Assembly: GCF_036848755.1 (NCBI RefSeq)
Contig: NZ_DAIUJO010000003.1
Location: 30-64,029, forward strand
From: Sinomonas sp.
GTDB lineage: Bacteria > Actinomycetota > Actinomycetes > Actinomycetales > Micrococcaceae
Direction: 5' to 3'
Length of the DNA: 64,000 nt
This document shows, piece after piece, positions 8,531-18,134 of this stretch (positions are counted from its first letter, which is position 1; each line of letters begins with the position of its first letter). The notes beneath the pieces were generated by a model, which saw nothing but the letters and a program-made list of their open reading frames with translations, was not told where the DNA came from and did not search any database. Position numbers and translations under genes: made by a program.

Positions 8531-8596
8531 TGGGGGTTGCGGCAGCTTGGTGGGGGTTGCGGCAGCTTGGTGGGGGTTGCGGCAGCTTGGTGGGGT
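8531..8596. repeat. Tandem repeat: 20-bp unit TGGGGGTTGCGGCAGCTTGG, three perfect copies plus a partial fourth
   Basis: The repeat was read directly. It fills most of the paaI-paaK intergenic spacer. Confidence 0.9.
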
Positions 8597-8600
8597 GGCG

Positions 8601-9137
8601 TCAGCGCTGGGGGATCGTGCGCGAGCGGCCGCGGAATTCGGCGATGAGGCGGCCGGAGGTGTCTGCGTCTGGTGACGCGAAGACCTGGACGTCGTAGAGC
8701 CCGCTGCGCCCGGCTTGGGCGCGGCGGGCCGCGACGGCCGTGATGCGCTCGCCGACGTGGGCGGGAGCGAGGAATTTGACGCCGACGCCGGCGGCGACGG
8801 TGATCGTGCCGGCCTGGCCCTCGTCGGGCGTGTGGGGGTTGCAGGCGAGGGCGAAGGCTGAGTCCGCGATGGCGAAGATCATTCCGCCATGGGCGATGCC
8901 GAATCCGTTGAGCATCTCGCGCCGAAGGGTGGTCGCGACCGTGGCGCTGCCGTCGCCGAGGGCGAGCACTTCGAGGCCCATCCATTCGGTCGCGTAGTCG
9001 TCGGTAAGGATCGGGTGGGCCAAGGATTCCGGGTGGGCCAAGGATTCCGGGTGGCCGGGCGACTCGGGGCGCACCGGGGTCTCCGGTTGGTCCAGCTCGG
9101 CCTGGGTCTCCGTCTCGGCAGGAGCAGCGTCGCTCAT
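8601..9137 (-). CDS. paaI: Hydroxyphenylacetyl-CoA thioesterase (hotdog fold) with an acidic, Pro-rich repeat N-terminal extension
   Basis: It contains 'MLNGFGIAHGGMIFAIADSAFALACN'. I chose ATG 9137 (MSDAAP, GAGGTA upstream) over the TTG at 9152. An 18-bp in-frame repeat lies at 9013-9055 (HPESLA). Confidence 0.85.
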   Translation of the reverse strand: MSDAAPAETETQAELDQPETPVRPESPGHPESLAHPESLAHPILTDDYATEWMGLEVLALGDGSATVATTLRREMLNGFGIAHGGMIFAIADSAFALACNPHTPDEGQAGTITVAAGVGVKFLAPAHVGERITAVAARRAQAGRSGLYDVQVFASPDADTSGRLIAEFRGRSRTIPQR

Positions 9138-9156
9138 AGGGGTACCTCGCAATTCT

Positions 9157-9178
9157 TTACCGAATGTTCATTAGGTAA
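9157..9178. promoter_or_regulatory. Imperfect palindrome TTACCGAATG-TT-CATTAGGTAA; candidate PaaR operator upstream of paaI
   Basis: The arms match at 9 of 10 positions. The motif TTACCGAnnGTTCnTT is shared with a site upstream of paaA (reverse complement of 22800-22820). Confidence 0.45.
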
Positions 9179-9208
9179 TCCCATGCGCGACGATGTGTCA
9201 AGACACAC

Positions 9209-9257
9209 AAAGAGCAGCCGCCCGGCGAAGCCATGCTTCGCCGGGCGGCTGCTCTTT
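9209..9257. terminator. 22-bp perfect stem hairpin; terminator of the MFS gene
   Basis: The sequence is AAAGAGCAGCCGCCCGGCGAAG-CCATG-CTTCGCCGGGCGGCTGCTCTTT, directly after the MFS stop. Confidence 0.85.
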
Positions 9258-9259
9258 GC

Positions 9260-10666
9260 TCATGCGGTCCTCTGCCGCCTTGTCCCGATCCCGACGACGG
9301 CGGCCAACGCGAGGGCGGAGAGGATGGTCGCTGCCCAGAAGCCGGCGCGGCCGCCGACCGTGAAATCTCCCGGCGCGGCGAAGGCCGCGAAGGTCGACGC
9401 AACGATGGCGAGCCCGACGGCGCCCCCGAGCTGCTGCATCGTCTGGAAGAGCCCGGACGCGGCCCCCGCATGCTCTGGCTCGACGTCGCGCAGCGCGAGC
9501 GTCGTGAGTGGCATGAACGTCATCCCCGCCGAGATCCCCGTCGTGACGAGGGCCGCCGCGACCACGGCGAAATTCGTGGTCGAGCTGATCTGGGTGAGGG
9601 GCAGGAAAGCGACGACGCGCAGGGCTGCGCCGACGATGACGAGCGGGACAGCGCCGATCCTCTCGACGAGCCGAGGGATGACCCGCGACATCGCGAAGAT
9701 GCTCAGGGGCATGGGGAGGAACGCGAGCCCGGTCACGAGGGGCGTGAAGTGCAGTTGGTCCTCGAGGTATTGGACCATGAGGAAGAACATGGCCAGCATG
9801 CCGCCGTAGGTCGCAGCCATGGCGGCCAGCGCTCCGACCCGGCTCGGGCTGCGCAGGAGCTGCGGCCGGAGGAGGGGGTGGGGAACGCGGCGCTCGGTGA
9901 AGGCGAGGAGGCCGATGAGCGCTGCTCCGATCCCGAAGCCCCCGACCGTCCTGGGGCCGAGCCAGCCGTAGTCGGGCGCCTGGATGAGGGCCCACACGAT
10001 CGCGACGGCGCCTCCGGTGGCGGTGACGGCGCCGACCACATCGAATCGACCGGGCCTGCGGGGCGTTTCCCCGACGAGGCGCGGCACGGCGACGAGCACG
10101 AGGAGGCCGATGGGGACGTTGATGAAGAGGGTCCATCGCCAGTTGACCGTGTCCGTGAGCACGCCGCCGAGGATGAGCCCGATCGCACCGCCCATCGAGG
10201 CGATCGCCGAGAACAGGGCGAGCGCGCGATTGCGAGAGCCCTCGTCCGGAGCGTTCGTCGTGATGAGGGCGAGCACGCTCGGGGCGGCGAACGCGGCGCC
10301 AAGGCCCTGCAGGGCCCGCGCAACGACGAGGAGGGCTGGCGAGGTGGCCACGCCGCCCAGGAGGGAGAACAGGGTGAAGGCAGCCACGCCGATCAGGAAC
10401 GTGCGTCGCCTGCCGACGACGTCCCCTATCCGGCCGCCGAGAAGCAGGAGGCCGCCGAACGCGACGGCGTAGCCGTTGAGGACCCAGCTGAGGTCGGAAC
10501 GGGAGAAATGGAGATCGGTCGCGATGTGCGGGAGGGCAACGTTCACGACCGTGGCGTCGAGGACGAGCATGAGCTGGGCGAGCATGACGAGCCAGAGGCC
10601 GGTGTTGCCGGAGCGGCGGGAGGACGTGGCCGAGTTGGGTGCGCGAGTGGCGGTGATGGGTGGCAT
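9260..10666 (-). CDS. MFS transporter, DHA2 (EmrB/QacA-like, 14-TMS) drug-efflux type
   Basis: It contains 'LVLDATVVNVALPHIATDLHFSRSDLSWVLNGYAVAFGGLLLLGGRIGDVVGRRR'. Confidence 0.85.
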   Translation of the reverse strand: MPPITATRAPNSATSSRRSGNTGLWLVMLAQLMLVLDATVVNVALPHIATDLHFSRSDLSWVLNGYAVAFGGLLLLGGRIGDVVGRRRTFLIGVAAFTLFSLLGGVATSPALLVVARALQGLGAAFAAPSVLALITTNAPDEGSRNRALALFSAIASMGGAIGLILGGVLTDTVNWRWTLFINVPIGLLVLVAVPRLVGETPRRPGRFDVVGAVTATGGAVAIVWALIQAPDYGWLGPRTVGGFGIGAALIGLLAFTERRVPHPLLRPQLLRSPSRVGALAAMAATYGGMLAMFFLMVQYLEDQLHFTPLVTGLAFLPMPLSIFAMSRVIPRLVERIGAVPLVIVGAALRVVAFLPLTQISSTTNFAVVAAALVTTGISAGMTFMPLTTLALRDVEPEHAGAASGLFQTMQQLGGAVGLAIVASTFAAFAAPGDFTVGGRAGFWAATILSALALAAVVGIGTRRQRTA

Positions 10667-10696
10667 GAGGGGTGTCCTATTCGGCGTACACTAAGT

Positions 10697-10738
10697 GGAG
10701 AGATGCTCCGATTAGAAATATACGGAGAGTGTCTCCGT
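10697..10738. promoter_or_regulatory. Two related palindromes (GGAGAGATGCTCC and ACGGAGAGTGTCTCCGT); candidate TetR operators
   Basis: They lie in the divergent MFS/TetR intergenic region. Both share the GGAGA-n3/4-CTCC form. Confidence 0.45.
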
Positions 10739-10762
10739 TTTGCAACCGTCTGAGAGGGAGTA

Positions 10763-11344
10763 GTGGTTCCTGTGCGCGCTGACGCTCGCCGCAACCGCGA
10801 TCGGATCGTCGAAGTCGCTCGGGGCCTCTTCCGCACGAAGGGCTACGACGCCGTCTCGATGGACGAGGTCGCGAAGGCGGCGGAGGTGGGCACCGGCACG
10901 CTCTACCGGCACTTCCCCACGAAGGAGGACCTCTACGACGCGGTGCTCGAAGCGTGGGCTGACCGGGTCAACGCGGCCGTCGAGCGAGCCCTGTCCCTCG
11001 AGGCCCCGTCCCGTGAGCGGCTGTTGGCCTGGCTGACGGACTTTGCGGCGATGCTGACTGAGCACAAGGGGGCGGCGGCGCGAATCACTGCCGCGCTCGG
11101 AGACCCGGGGTCGCCGTTCGCGACGAAGTGCCAAACGTACCTCGGCGCCAATCAGCGCATCATCGAGGGGCTGGGGTCTGCCGTGCGGACAGGGGTCGAT
11201 CCGATGCAGATCAGCCGGCTCGTGGGCGGCGTCGCGGCGGTGGCGGACAACAGCGAGATCTCTCCGGACGCTCTCGCCTCGATGCTCGCGATCGTGGCAG
11301 ACGGGCTGCTTGCCCCCGAGGGCGCGAATCTCGCGAGCCGGTAA
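10763..11344 (+). CDS. TetR-family transcriptional regulator (divergent from the MFS efflux gene)
   Basis: It has the HTH 'IVEVARGLFRTKGYDAVSMDEVAKAAEVGTGTLYRHFPTKEDL'. The start is GTG, at either 10763 or 10772. Confidence 0.85.
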   Translation: MVPVRADARRNRDRIVEVARGLFRTKGYDAVSMDEVAKAAEVGTGTLYRHFPTKEDLYDAVLEAWADRVNAAVERALSLEAPSRERLLAWLTDFAAMLTEHKGAAARITAALGDPGSPFATKCQTYLGANQRIIEGLGSAVRTGVDPMQISRLVGGVAAVADNSEISPDALASMLAIVADGLLAPEGANLASR

Positions 11345-11393
11345 CGCCGCGCAGCCGGGCGGCCACGCGGGCTTTCGGTGCGAGGATGGGTCC

Positions 11394-13472
11394 ATGTCCA
11401 AGGGGATCTACGTGAGCGCCACGACGCCAGGCTCGGGCAAGTCTCTCGTGGCGTTGGGCCTTGCGGAGGCCCTCCACAGCCACACTGACCGAATCGGATT
11501 CTTCAAGCCTGTTGTCGCGGGGGAGGACCCCGACGAGGATCCCATGGTGTCACTCATCCGGTCCCGCTACGGACTCAGCCCTGACGTGTGCCGTGGGGGT
11601 CTCACCGCCCGCGAGGTCCGGAAGTACCTCGCGGAGGGGCAGCGGGAAGAGATCGGCGCCCGGAGCGTGGACCTCTTCTCGGAGATTGCCTCGCGGTGCG
11701 ACATCGTCATCGTCGAGGGCACAGACCTCACGGGCCAGGACTCGGCCGTCGAATTCGCGCTCAACGCGCGCCTCGCGAACGACCTCGGCTGCCCCATGGT
11801 CGCCGTCGTGACCGGGCGCGACCGGACCCCCGAGGAGATCGCGGACGCCGTCGACGTCGCCCGCAAGGAGCTCTACGCGGCACACTGCAGCCTTCTGATC
11901 ATGATGGTCAACCGCGCCGACGCCGAACACCTCGACGAGATCTCGGCCGCGATCCGGCCAGGCCTCTCCCACAGACCGGTGTACGTCCTGCCGGAGATCG
12001 ACGAGATCTCACGGCCGACGACGGGCGAGGTCTCGAGGGCGCTCGCGCTCCGCCAGATCGCGGGGAGCGCGGACATGGAGCGGGAAGTGCGGGGCGTCAA
12101 AGTCGCCGCGATGAGCGTCGCGAACTTCATCGGCGCCCTCGCGACCGGCGACCTCGTCATCGTCCCGGGGGACAGGGCCGACATCATGGTCGGTGCCCTC
12201 GCCTCGACCTTCTCGCCGGAATTCCCCGTCCCCTCCGCCATGATCCTCACGGGCGGCCTCTCGCCTGACGAGCACGTCCTCCCGCTCCTGGCCGCGGCGC
12301 CATTCCCCGTCTTCTCATATCCGGGCGACACCTACCATGCTGCGCGCGACGTCTCGTTGGTGCGCAGCGAGATCTGGTCGGGGCAGCGCCGCAAGGTCGC
12401 CTCAGCGCTCGGGGCCTGGGCGAAGAGGGTCGACGACGACGAGATCCTCGAGCGGCTCAACCTGCCCCGCCCCGAGACGATGACGCCGCTGCGCTTCCTC
12501 CACGAGCTCATCGGCCGCGCGCGGGCCGACAGGCGGCACATCGTCCTGCCGGAAGGGTCCGACGTCCGCATCCTGCGTGCGGCAGAGATCCTGCACCGGC
12601 GCGACGTGTGCGATCTGACCCTCCTCGGAAACGACGCACAGGTGCGCGAGATCGCGGGGGCCAACGGGGTCTCGCTCAACGGCCTCCGGATCATCGACCC
12701 AGCGACGAGCCCCCTGCGGGAGCGCTTCGCGCAGGAGTACGCCCGCCTGCGGGCGCATCGGGGGGTCGACGTGCCGCGGGCCCTCGAAGCCATGCTCGAC
12801 GTGAGCTACTTCGGGACCATGATGGTCCAGCTCGGCATCGTCGACGGCATGGTCTCGGGCGCCGCCCACACGACAGCCCACACCATCCGTCCGGCCCTCG
12901 AGTTCGTCAAGACGCGGGCTGGGGTGAAGATTGTCTCCTCGGTGTTCTTCATGCTCCTGCCGGACCGCGTGCTGGTCTACGGCGACTGCGCCGTCAACCC
13001 GGAACCGGACGCGGAGGAACTGGCCGACATCGCCATCGCCTCGGCCGAGACGGGCTCCCAGTTCGGGGTCGAGCCCCGCATTGCGATGCTGAGCTACTCG
13101 ACGGGAGGCTCGGGCGCGGGTGCGACCGTCGACAAGGTGCGGCGCGCAACCGAGCTGGTCCGGGCGCGTCGGCCTGATCTGGCGGTCGAAGGGCCGATCC
13201 AGTATGACGCCGCCGTCGACGCCTCGATTGCGGCGGCCAAGCTGCCCGGTTCGTACGTCGCGGGGCAGGCGACCGTCTTCATCTTCCCCGACCTCAACAC
13301 CGGCAACAACACCTACAAGGCCGTCCAGCAGTCCGCCGGAGCCGTCGCCGTCGGCCCTGTCCTGCAGGGGCTCCGCAAGCCGGTCAACGACCTCTCGCGC
13401 GGCTGCACGGTCGAGGACATCGTCAACACGGTCGCGATCACGGCCGTCCAGGCACAGTCAAGCCACCGCTAG
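11394..13472 (+). CDS. pta: Phosphate acetyltransferase (long form with an N-terminal DRTGG/AAA-like domain)
   Basis: It begins 'MSKGIYVSATTPGSGKSLVALGL' and its C-terminal PTA domain contains 'SGAAHTTAHTIRPAL'. I chose ATG 11394 rather than 11310. Confidence 0.9.
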   Translation: MSKGIYVSATTPGSGKSLVALGLAEALHSHTDRIGFFKPVVAGEDPDEDPMVSLIRSRYGLSPDVCRGGLTAREVRKYLAEGQREEIGARSVDLFSEIASRCDIVIVEGTDLTGQDSAVEFALNARLANDLGCPMVAVVTGRDRTPEEIADAVDVARKELYAAHCSLLIMMVNRADAEHLDEISAAIRPGLSHRPVYVLPEIDEISRPTTGEVSRALALRQIAGSADMEREVRGVKVAAMSVANFIGALATGDLVIVPGDRADIMVGALASTFSPEFPVPSAMILTGGLSPDEHVLPLLAAAPFPVFSYPGDTYHAARDVSLVRSEIWSGQRRKVASALGAWAKRVDDDEILERLNLPRPETMTPLRFLHELIGRARADRRHIVLPEGSDVRILRAAEILHRRDVCDLTLLGNDAQVREIAGANGVSLNGLRIIDPATSPLRERFAQEYARLRAHRGVDVPRALEAMLDVSYFGTMMVQLGIVDGMVSGAAHTTAHTIRPALEFVKTRAGVKIVSSVFFMLLPDRVLVYGDCAVNPEPDAEELADIAIASAETGSQFGVEPRIAMLSYSTGGSGAGATVDKVRRATELVRARRPDLAVEGPIQYDAAVDASIAAAKLPGSYVAGQATVFIFPDLNTGNNTYKAVQQSAGAVAVGPVLQGLRKPVNDLSRGCTVEDIVNTVAITAVQAQSSHR

Positions 13473-13495
13473 ATCCAAACCCTCCGGGAGCCGCC

Positions 13496-14662
13496 ATGCT
13501 CGTCCTCGTCATCAACTCGGGTTCATCGTCGCTCAAGTACCAGCTTCGCGATGTCGCGGCAGGGGAGGTCCTCGCAGAGGGGATGGTGGATCGGATCGGA
13601 TTCCCCGAAGAGGGCGGCGAGCTCGAGGTCCCGGACCACGAGGCGGCGCTCGACCTCGTCGATGCTGCTCTCCACGAGGCCTTGGCGGGGCGCCGGATCG
13701 ACGCCGTGGGGCACCGCGTGGTCCACGGGGGAGAGCGCTTCGGCGATCCGGTCCTCATCGACAACGAGATCACGCGCTCGATCGAGCGGCTCAACCCGCT
13801 CGCGCCCCTGCACAATCCCGCGAACGTCCTGGGAATCCGGGCCATTGCGGACAAATGGCCGGACGTCCCCCAAGTGGCCGTGTTCGACACGGCGTACCAC
13901 CGCACCATTCCCGAACGGGCCTGGCGCTACGCCGTCCCCGACTGGCTCTACACGCGACACGGGATCCGCCGCTATGGCTTCCACGGGACATCGCACCAGT
14001 ACGTGGCAGGGCGCGCCGCTGCGCTCCTGGGCATCGACCCGGCGGCGTTCGACGGCGTCGTCCTCCACCTCGGCAATGGGGCGTCGGCCACGGCCGTCCA
14101 AGGTGGTCGTTCGATCGACACCTCGATGGGCTTCACGCCGCTCGAGGGGCTCGTCATGGGCACCCGGTCGGGGGATGTCGACCCGTCGATCCTCGTCTTC
14201 CTCGGGCGCCTGGGGATGACCCCGGACGAGATCGACGATCTGCTCAACCGTGAGTCGGGCCTCAAGGCGCTCGGCGGCTCCAACGACATGCGGACGCTGG
14301 TCGAGTCCGCCGAGCGGGGTGACGCCAAGGCCCGGCGGGCCCTGGACGTCGCTTCCTACCGGCTCGCCAAGTACGTCGGCGCCTACCACGTCGCTGTCGG
14401 AGGCGCGAGGGCCATCGTGTTCACGGCCGGGATCGGGGAGAACTCCTCCGTCTTCAGGGGGCTCGTGGCCGAGCGGCTCGGCGCGCTGGGCGTCGTCTTG
14501 GACGCGGCCGCGAATGCTGCTCGCTCGTCCGAGCCGAGGGCCGTCTCGGCGGCCGAGTCGGCCATCCCGGTCCTCGTCGTGCCCACCGACGAAGAACGCG
14601 CGATTGCCGAGGCCACGGCGGCCGTCGTCACCGCCGCCGTGGGCGGCCAGATGCCGCGCTGA
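13496..14662 (+). CDS. ackA: Acetate kinase
   Basis: It begins 'MLVLVINSGSSSLKYQL' and contains 'HRVVHGGERF' and 'FTAGIGENS'. Confidence 0.92.
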   Translation: MLVLVINSGSSSLKYQLRDVAAGEVLAEGMVDRIGFPEEGGELEVPDHEAALDLVDAALHEALAGRRIDAVGHRVVHGGERFGDPVLIDNEITRSIERLNPLAPLHNPANVLGIRAIADKWPDVPQVAVFDTAYHRTIPERAWRYAVPDWLYTRHGIRRYGFHGTSHQYVAGRAAALLGIDPAAFDGVVLHLGNGASATAVQGGRSIDTSMGFTPLEGLVMGTRSGDVDPSILVFLGRLGMTPDEIDDLLNRESGLKALGGSNDMRTLVESAERGDAKARRALDVASYRLAKYVGAYHVAVGGARAIVFTAGIGENSSVFRGLVAERLGALGVVLDAAANAARSSEPRAVSAAESAIPVLVVPTDEERAIAEATAAVVTAAVGGQMPR

Positions 14663-14665
14663 AGG

Positions 14666-16840
14666 CTAGGCGATCGGCTCGCGGGCCCCGAGCCCGTCCG
14701 CGATGAACGCGTAGTCCCATGCGCGGTCCTTCCACTCCTCGTACCGTCCCGAGGCGCCGCCGTGCCCGGCGACCATCTCGGTCTTGAGCACGATCGGCTG
14801 CCCGCTCGTCGAGGCCTCCCGCAGCGCCTGCACCCACTTCGCCGGCTCGACGTACAGCACTCGCGTGTCGTTGAAGGAGGTCACCGCCGCGACCCGGGGG
14901 TAGGGGGCCGGGCGCACGTTCTCGTACGGCGTGTACGACTTCATGTATGCGTACACCTCCGGATCCTCGATCGGGTTGCCCCACTCCTCCCACTCGAGGG
15001 CCGAGAGCGGCAGCTCGGGGTTGAGGATCGTCGTGAGGGCGTCCACGAACGGGACCTCCGCGACGGCCACGGCGTACTTCTCGGGCGCGAGGTTGAGCAC
15101 GGCCCCGATCAGCAGGCCGCCCGCAGATCCTCCCATGCAGCCGATCCGGGCCGGATCTGCCCAGCCCGACGAGACGACCCAGTCCGTCGCGGCGACGAAG
15201 TCGCTGAACGTGTTCTTCTTGCGCAGCTTCTTGCCGTCCTCGTACCACCGGCGGCCGAGCTCGCCGCCGCCCCGGATGTGGGCGATCACGAACACGATGC
15301 CACGGTCGAGGAGGCTCAGCCGTGCGATCCCGAACGCAGGATCCATGCTGACCTCGTAGGAGCCGTAGCCGTAGACGAGGGCCGGGTTCGTCCCGTCTGG
15401 ATGCACCGACGCGTGCCGCAGGATCGACAGCGGGACGTGAGCCCCGTCGTCGGCCGTGGCCCACGCGCGCTCGGCGACGTAGTCGCTGGGGTCGTAGCCC
15501 CCGAGCACGGGCGTCTCCTTCCGCAGGAGCAGTTCGCCGCTCGCCAGGACGTAGTCGTAGATCCGCGGTGGGGTGAAGAACGAGGTGTAGCGGACGCGCA
15601 CGACGGGTGAGCGGTAGTCCGAGGAGCTTGCCGCGGCCGTGTAGAGCTCCTCGCCGAACGCGGGCTCCGCGAACGACGGCGCTCCGCCGCCCAGGACGTC
15701 GTCGAGCGTGGCGAAGCGGACGGTTTCGATCGTGTTGCGCCGCAGCGAGAGGAGGAGATGGGTCGAGGTGACGTCGGCGCCTTCGATCTTGACGGCGTCG
15801 TCGTGGTCGACGACGGTGCGCCACTCCTGCTCGGCCAGCGGCTTCGCGAACTCGGTGAGGGGCGCTACGGAGACCATGTTGTTGAAGGCCTGCCCCTTTC
15901 CCCTTCCCTCGCCGGAGCCCTCGGGACCGCCGTTGTGCACGAGCAGGACGTGGGCCGCGCCGCCGTGCTCGAAGACCTCGGCGCTGTGCAGAATGCGTTC
16001 GCCGCGGGGGACGAGGACGGTGAGCTCGGCTGCGGGGTCCATGAGGTCGAGGCACCGAGTCTCGCTGTACTCCGAGTTGCCGATGCTGACGAGCAGCCAT
16101 CGGCGATCGGACGAGAGGTCGATCGACGTCCACTGCGCCACGTCGTCCTCCTCGTACAGCACCTCGTCCCGGTCGACGGGCGTGCCGAGCGTGTGGACAC
16201 GGACCTGGAACGGCCGCCAGGACTCGTCTGCCACGACGTAGAAGAGGCGGCGTCCGTCGGGCGAGAACTCGAGTCCGTAGAAGACGCTATCGATCACTTC
16301 GGGGAGGTGCTCGCCCGTGCGCAGGTCCTTGATCCGCAGCGTGAACGTCTCGTCGCCCGTGTGGTCCACCGCGTACGCGTAGAGGTGCCCATCGCGAGTG
16401 AGCGCGGCCCCGCCCAGGGCGAAGAAGGGGTGCCCCTCCGCCTCGGCGTTCCCGTCCAGGAGCACCTGCTCGCCCTCGAGGGCGACCCCGGGGACCAGGG
16501 CGGGCGGCGTCCAGGTGTCGAGCTCCGCCTCCACGCGGCAGTAGACGGGATACTGGCTGCCCTCGACGGTGCGGGAGTAGTACCACCAGTCGTCGAGCCG
16601 GCTCGGGACCGAGAGGTCCGTTTCCTGGGTGCGGCGCTTGATCTCGTCGAAGATGGCGTCGCGGAGGGGCTGCTGATCCTCGGTGATGCGCTCGGTGTAC
16701 GCGTTCTCCGCTTCGAGGTGCCCCACGACGTCCGGGCTGTCCTTGTCCCTCAGCCATTCGTACGGATCGACGAAGACGTCGCCGTGGCGCTCCCGGCGGG
16801 CAGGTACCTTGCGGGCGACAGGTGGCACATCAGCACTCAT
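14666..16840 (-). CDS. ptrB: S9A prolyl-oligopeptidase family peptidase, oligopeptidase B type
   Basis: It contains 'FVDPYEWLRDKDSPDVVGHLEAENAYTE' and the catalytic Ser motif 'GGSAGGLL'. Confidence 0.85.
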   Translation of the reverse strand: MSADVPPVARKVPARRERHGDVFVDPYEWLRDKDSPDVVGHLEAENAYTERITEDQQPLRDAIFDEIKRRTQETDLSVPSRLDDWWYYSRTVEGSQYPVYCRVEAELDTWTPPALVPGVALEGEQVLLDGNAEAEGHPFFALGGAALTRDGHLYAYAVDHTGDETFTLRIKDLRTGEHLPEVIDSVFYGLEFSPDGRRLFYVVADESWRPFQVRVHTLGTPVDRDEVLYEEDDVAQWTSIDLSSDRRWLLVSIGNSEYSETRCLDLMDPAAELTVLVPRGERILHSAEVFEHGGAAHVLLVHNGGPEGSGEGRGKGQAFNNMVSVAPLTEFAKPLAEQEWRTVVDHDDAVKIEGADVTSTHLLLSLRRNTIETVRFATLDDVLGGGAPSFAEPAFGEELYTAAASSSDYRSPVVRVRYTSFFTPPRIYDYVLASGELLLRKETPVLGGYDPSDYVAERAWATADDGAHVPLSILRHASVHPDGTNPALVYGYGSYEVSMDPAFGIARLSLLDRGIVFVIAHIRGGGELGRRWYEDGKKLRKKNTFSDFVAATDWVVSSGWADPARIGCMGGSAGGLLIGAVLNLAPEKYAVAVAEVPFVDALTTILNPELPLSALEWEEWGNPIEDPEVYAYMKSYTPYENVRPAPYPRVAAVTSFNDTRVLYVEPAKWVQALREASTSGQPIVLKTEMVAGHGGASGRYEEWKDRAWDYAFIADGLGAREPIA

Positions 16841-16940
16841 GTGTTCACCCTAGCGATTCGTGCTCTCCACGGAGTGCGGGCTTGCGCACCACTGATTTCT
16901 ACTGATTTTTGGGGCGCGACCACTGAGACCGCCGCTGCGC

Positions 16941-18044
16941 TCAGTTGCCGTTTGCGAGACCGTTCGCGTCGACGTACTGGGGGACAGTGCCCTGCGCCAT
17001 TGCCGTGGCGAGCGCCGCCGTGGCCGCTTGATTCACGAGCACGATCGATTGGCCGTCCGTCGACCAGCCCGTCCCGTTGGTCGGAAGCGTGAACGTGATG
17101 AGGTCCTTCGGCCGCACTTTGACGAGCTCAACCCCGAGGGAAGCCACGGCCGACGCAGTGAAGCCCGAATCAACCGTCAGATACGGCGAGAACTCGTTGA
17201 CCACGTTGGCGAGCGTGACCGGATTCGCGAGCGTCTGCGGAGTGGCGATCTTCGAGGCGAGGGCCTTCATGAAGGTCTGCTGGTCCCGCACCCGCTGGTA
17301 GTCGCCGTCGGCGAACGCGTAGCGTTCGCGCACGAACGCGAGCGCCTGCTCGCCGTTCATCGTCTGCGGCCCGGCGTTGAAGTGGATGGTGGAGGTCTGG
17401 CCGGCTGTGAACGCCTTCGGGACGTTCACGGTCACGCCGCCGACGGCGTCGGTGAGCCCCTTGAACCCCGCGAAGTCCACGAAGACCACGTGGTCGAGGC
17501 GCTGCCCGAGCAGGGATTCGACGGTCTGCACCATGAGCGGCACGCCCCCGAACGCGAGTCCGGCGTTGATCTTGGCGGAGCCGTGACCGGGGATGGGGAC
17601 CCAGAGGTCGCGCATGATCGAGATGACGTAGACCTGCTGCCGGTCCGCCGGGATGTGCACGAGCATCATCGTGTCGGAGCGCTGGTCGGACGGGGCACCG
17701 GACTCTGCGGTCGCGCCCGTTGCCCCGCGGCTGTCGGATCCGACGAGCAGGATGTTCACTGGGGTCTTGCCGTCCGTCCCCGGACGGGGTTCGGAAGGAC
17801 GGGACGATTCCTCAGGGAACGCGTTGGGGATCTTCTTGGTGTTCGTATCGAAGCTCTGGGAGAGACTCCCGAGGTACACGATGGCGGCGACTGCCGCGAG
17901 CACGACGACGAGCAGCGCACCCAGCAGGACGGCCGCCGCCGTGCGCTTCCTCTTCCTCCGCGGCCGGGACCGACTCGCCGCCGAGGCTGACGTGCGGGAA
18001 GCATCGGGCGCTTGGACGGCGGGCTCACTGTCGTCGGTGGTCAC
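16941..18044 (-). CDS. LytR-CpsA-Psr (LCP) family cell-wall glycopolymer ligase
   Basis: It contains 'NILLVGSDSRG...SDTMMLVHIPADRQQVYVISIMRDLWVPIPGHGSAKINAGLAFGG'. I chose GTG 18044, preceded by GAAGGAGG, over the ORF-track start at 18188. It has an N-terminal TM segment. Confidence 0.85.
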   Translation of the reverse strand: MTTDDSEPAVQAPDASRTSASAASRSRPRRKRKRTAAAVLLGALLVVVLAAVAAIVYLGSLSQSFDTNTKKIPNAFPEESSRPSEPRPGTDGKTPVNILLVGSDSRGATGATAESGAPSDQRSDTMMLVHIPADRQQVYVISIMRDLWVPIPGHGSAKINAGLAFGGVPLMVQTVESLLGQRLDHVVFVDFAGFKGLTDAVGGVTVNVPKAFTAGQTSTIHFNAGPQTMNGEQALAFVRERYAFADGDYQRVRDQQTFMKALASKIATPQTLANPVTLANVVNEFSPYLTVDSGFTASAVASLGVELVKVRPKDLITFTLPTNGTGWSTDGQSIVLVNQAATAALATAMAQGTVPQYVDANGLANGN

Positions 18045-18134
18045 GGTGCCTCCTTCTGTGGCCCGGGCGGTGGATACGATCAGTCTGCCCTGAGGGCTGG
18101 CTGGGAGCCGTTGGACGGTTCGCATGGAAGGGAA

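Noticed and set aside
8531-8596. I asked whether the tandem repeat arrays (8531-8596, 19710-19820, 37460-37543, 54398-54470) could be CRISPR arrays.
   Set aside because: The units are contiguous with no unique spacers between them. The units are only 15-21 bp long. No cas genes are present in the window.
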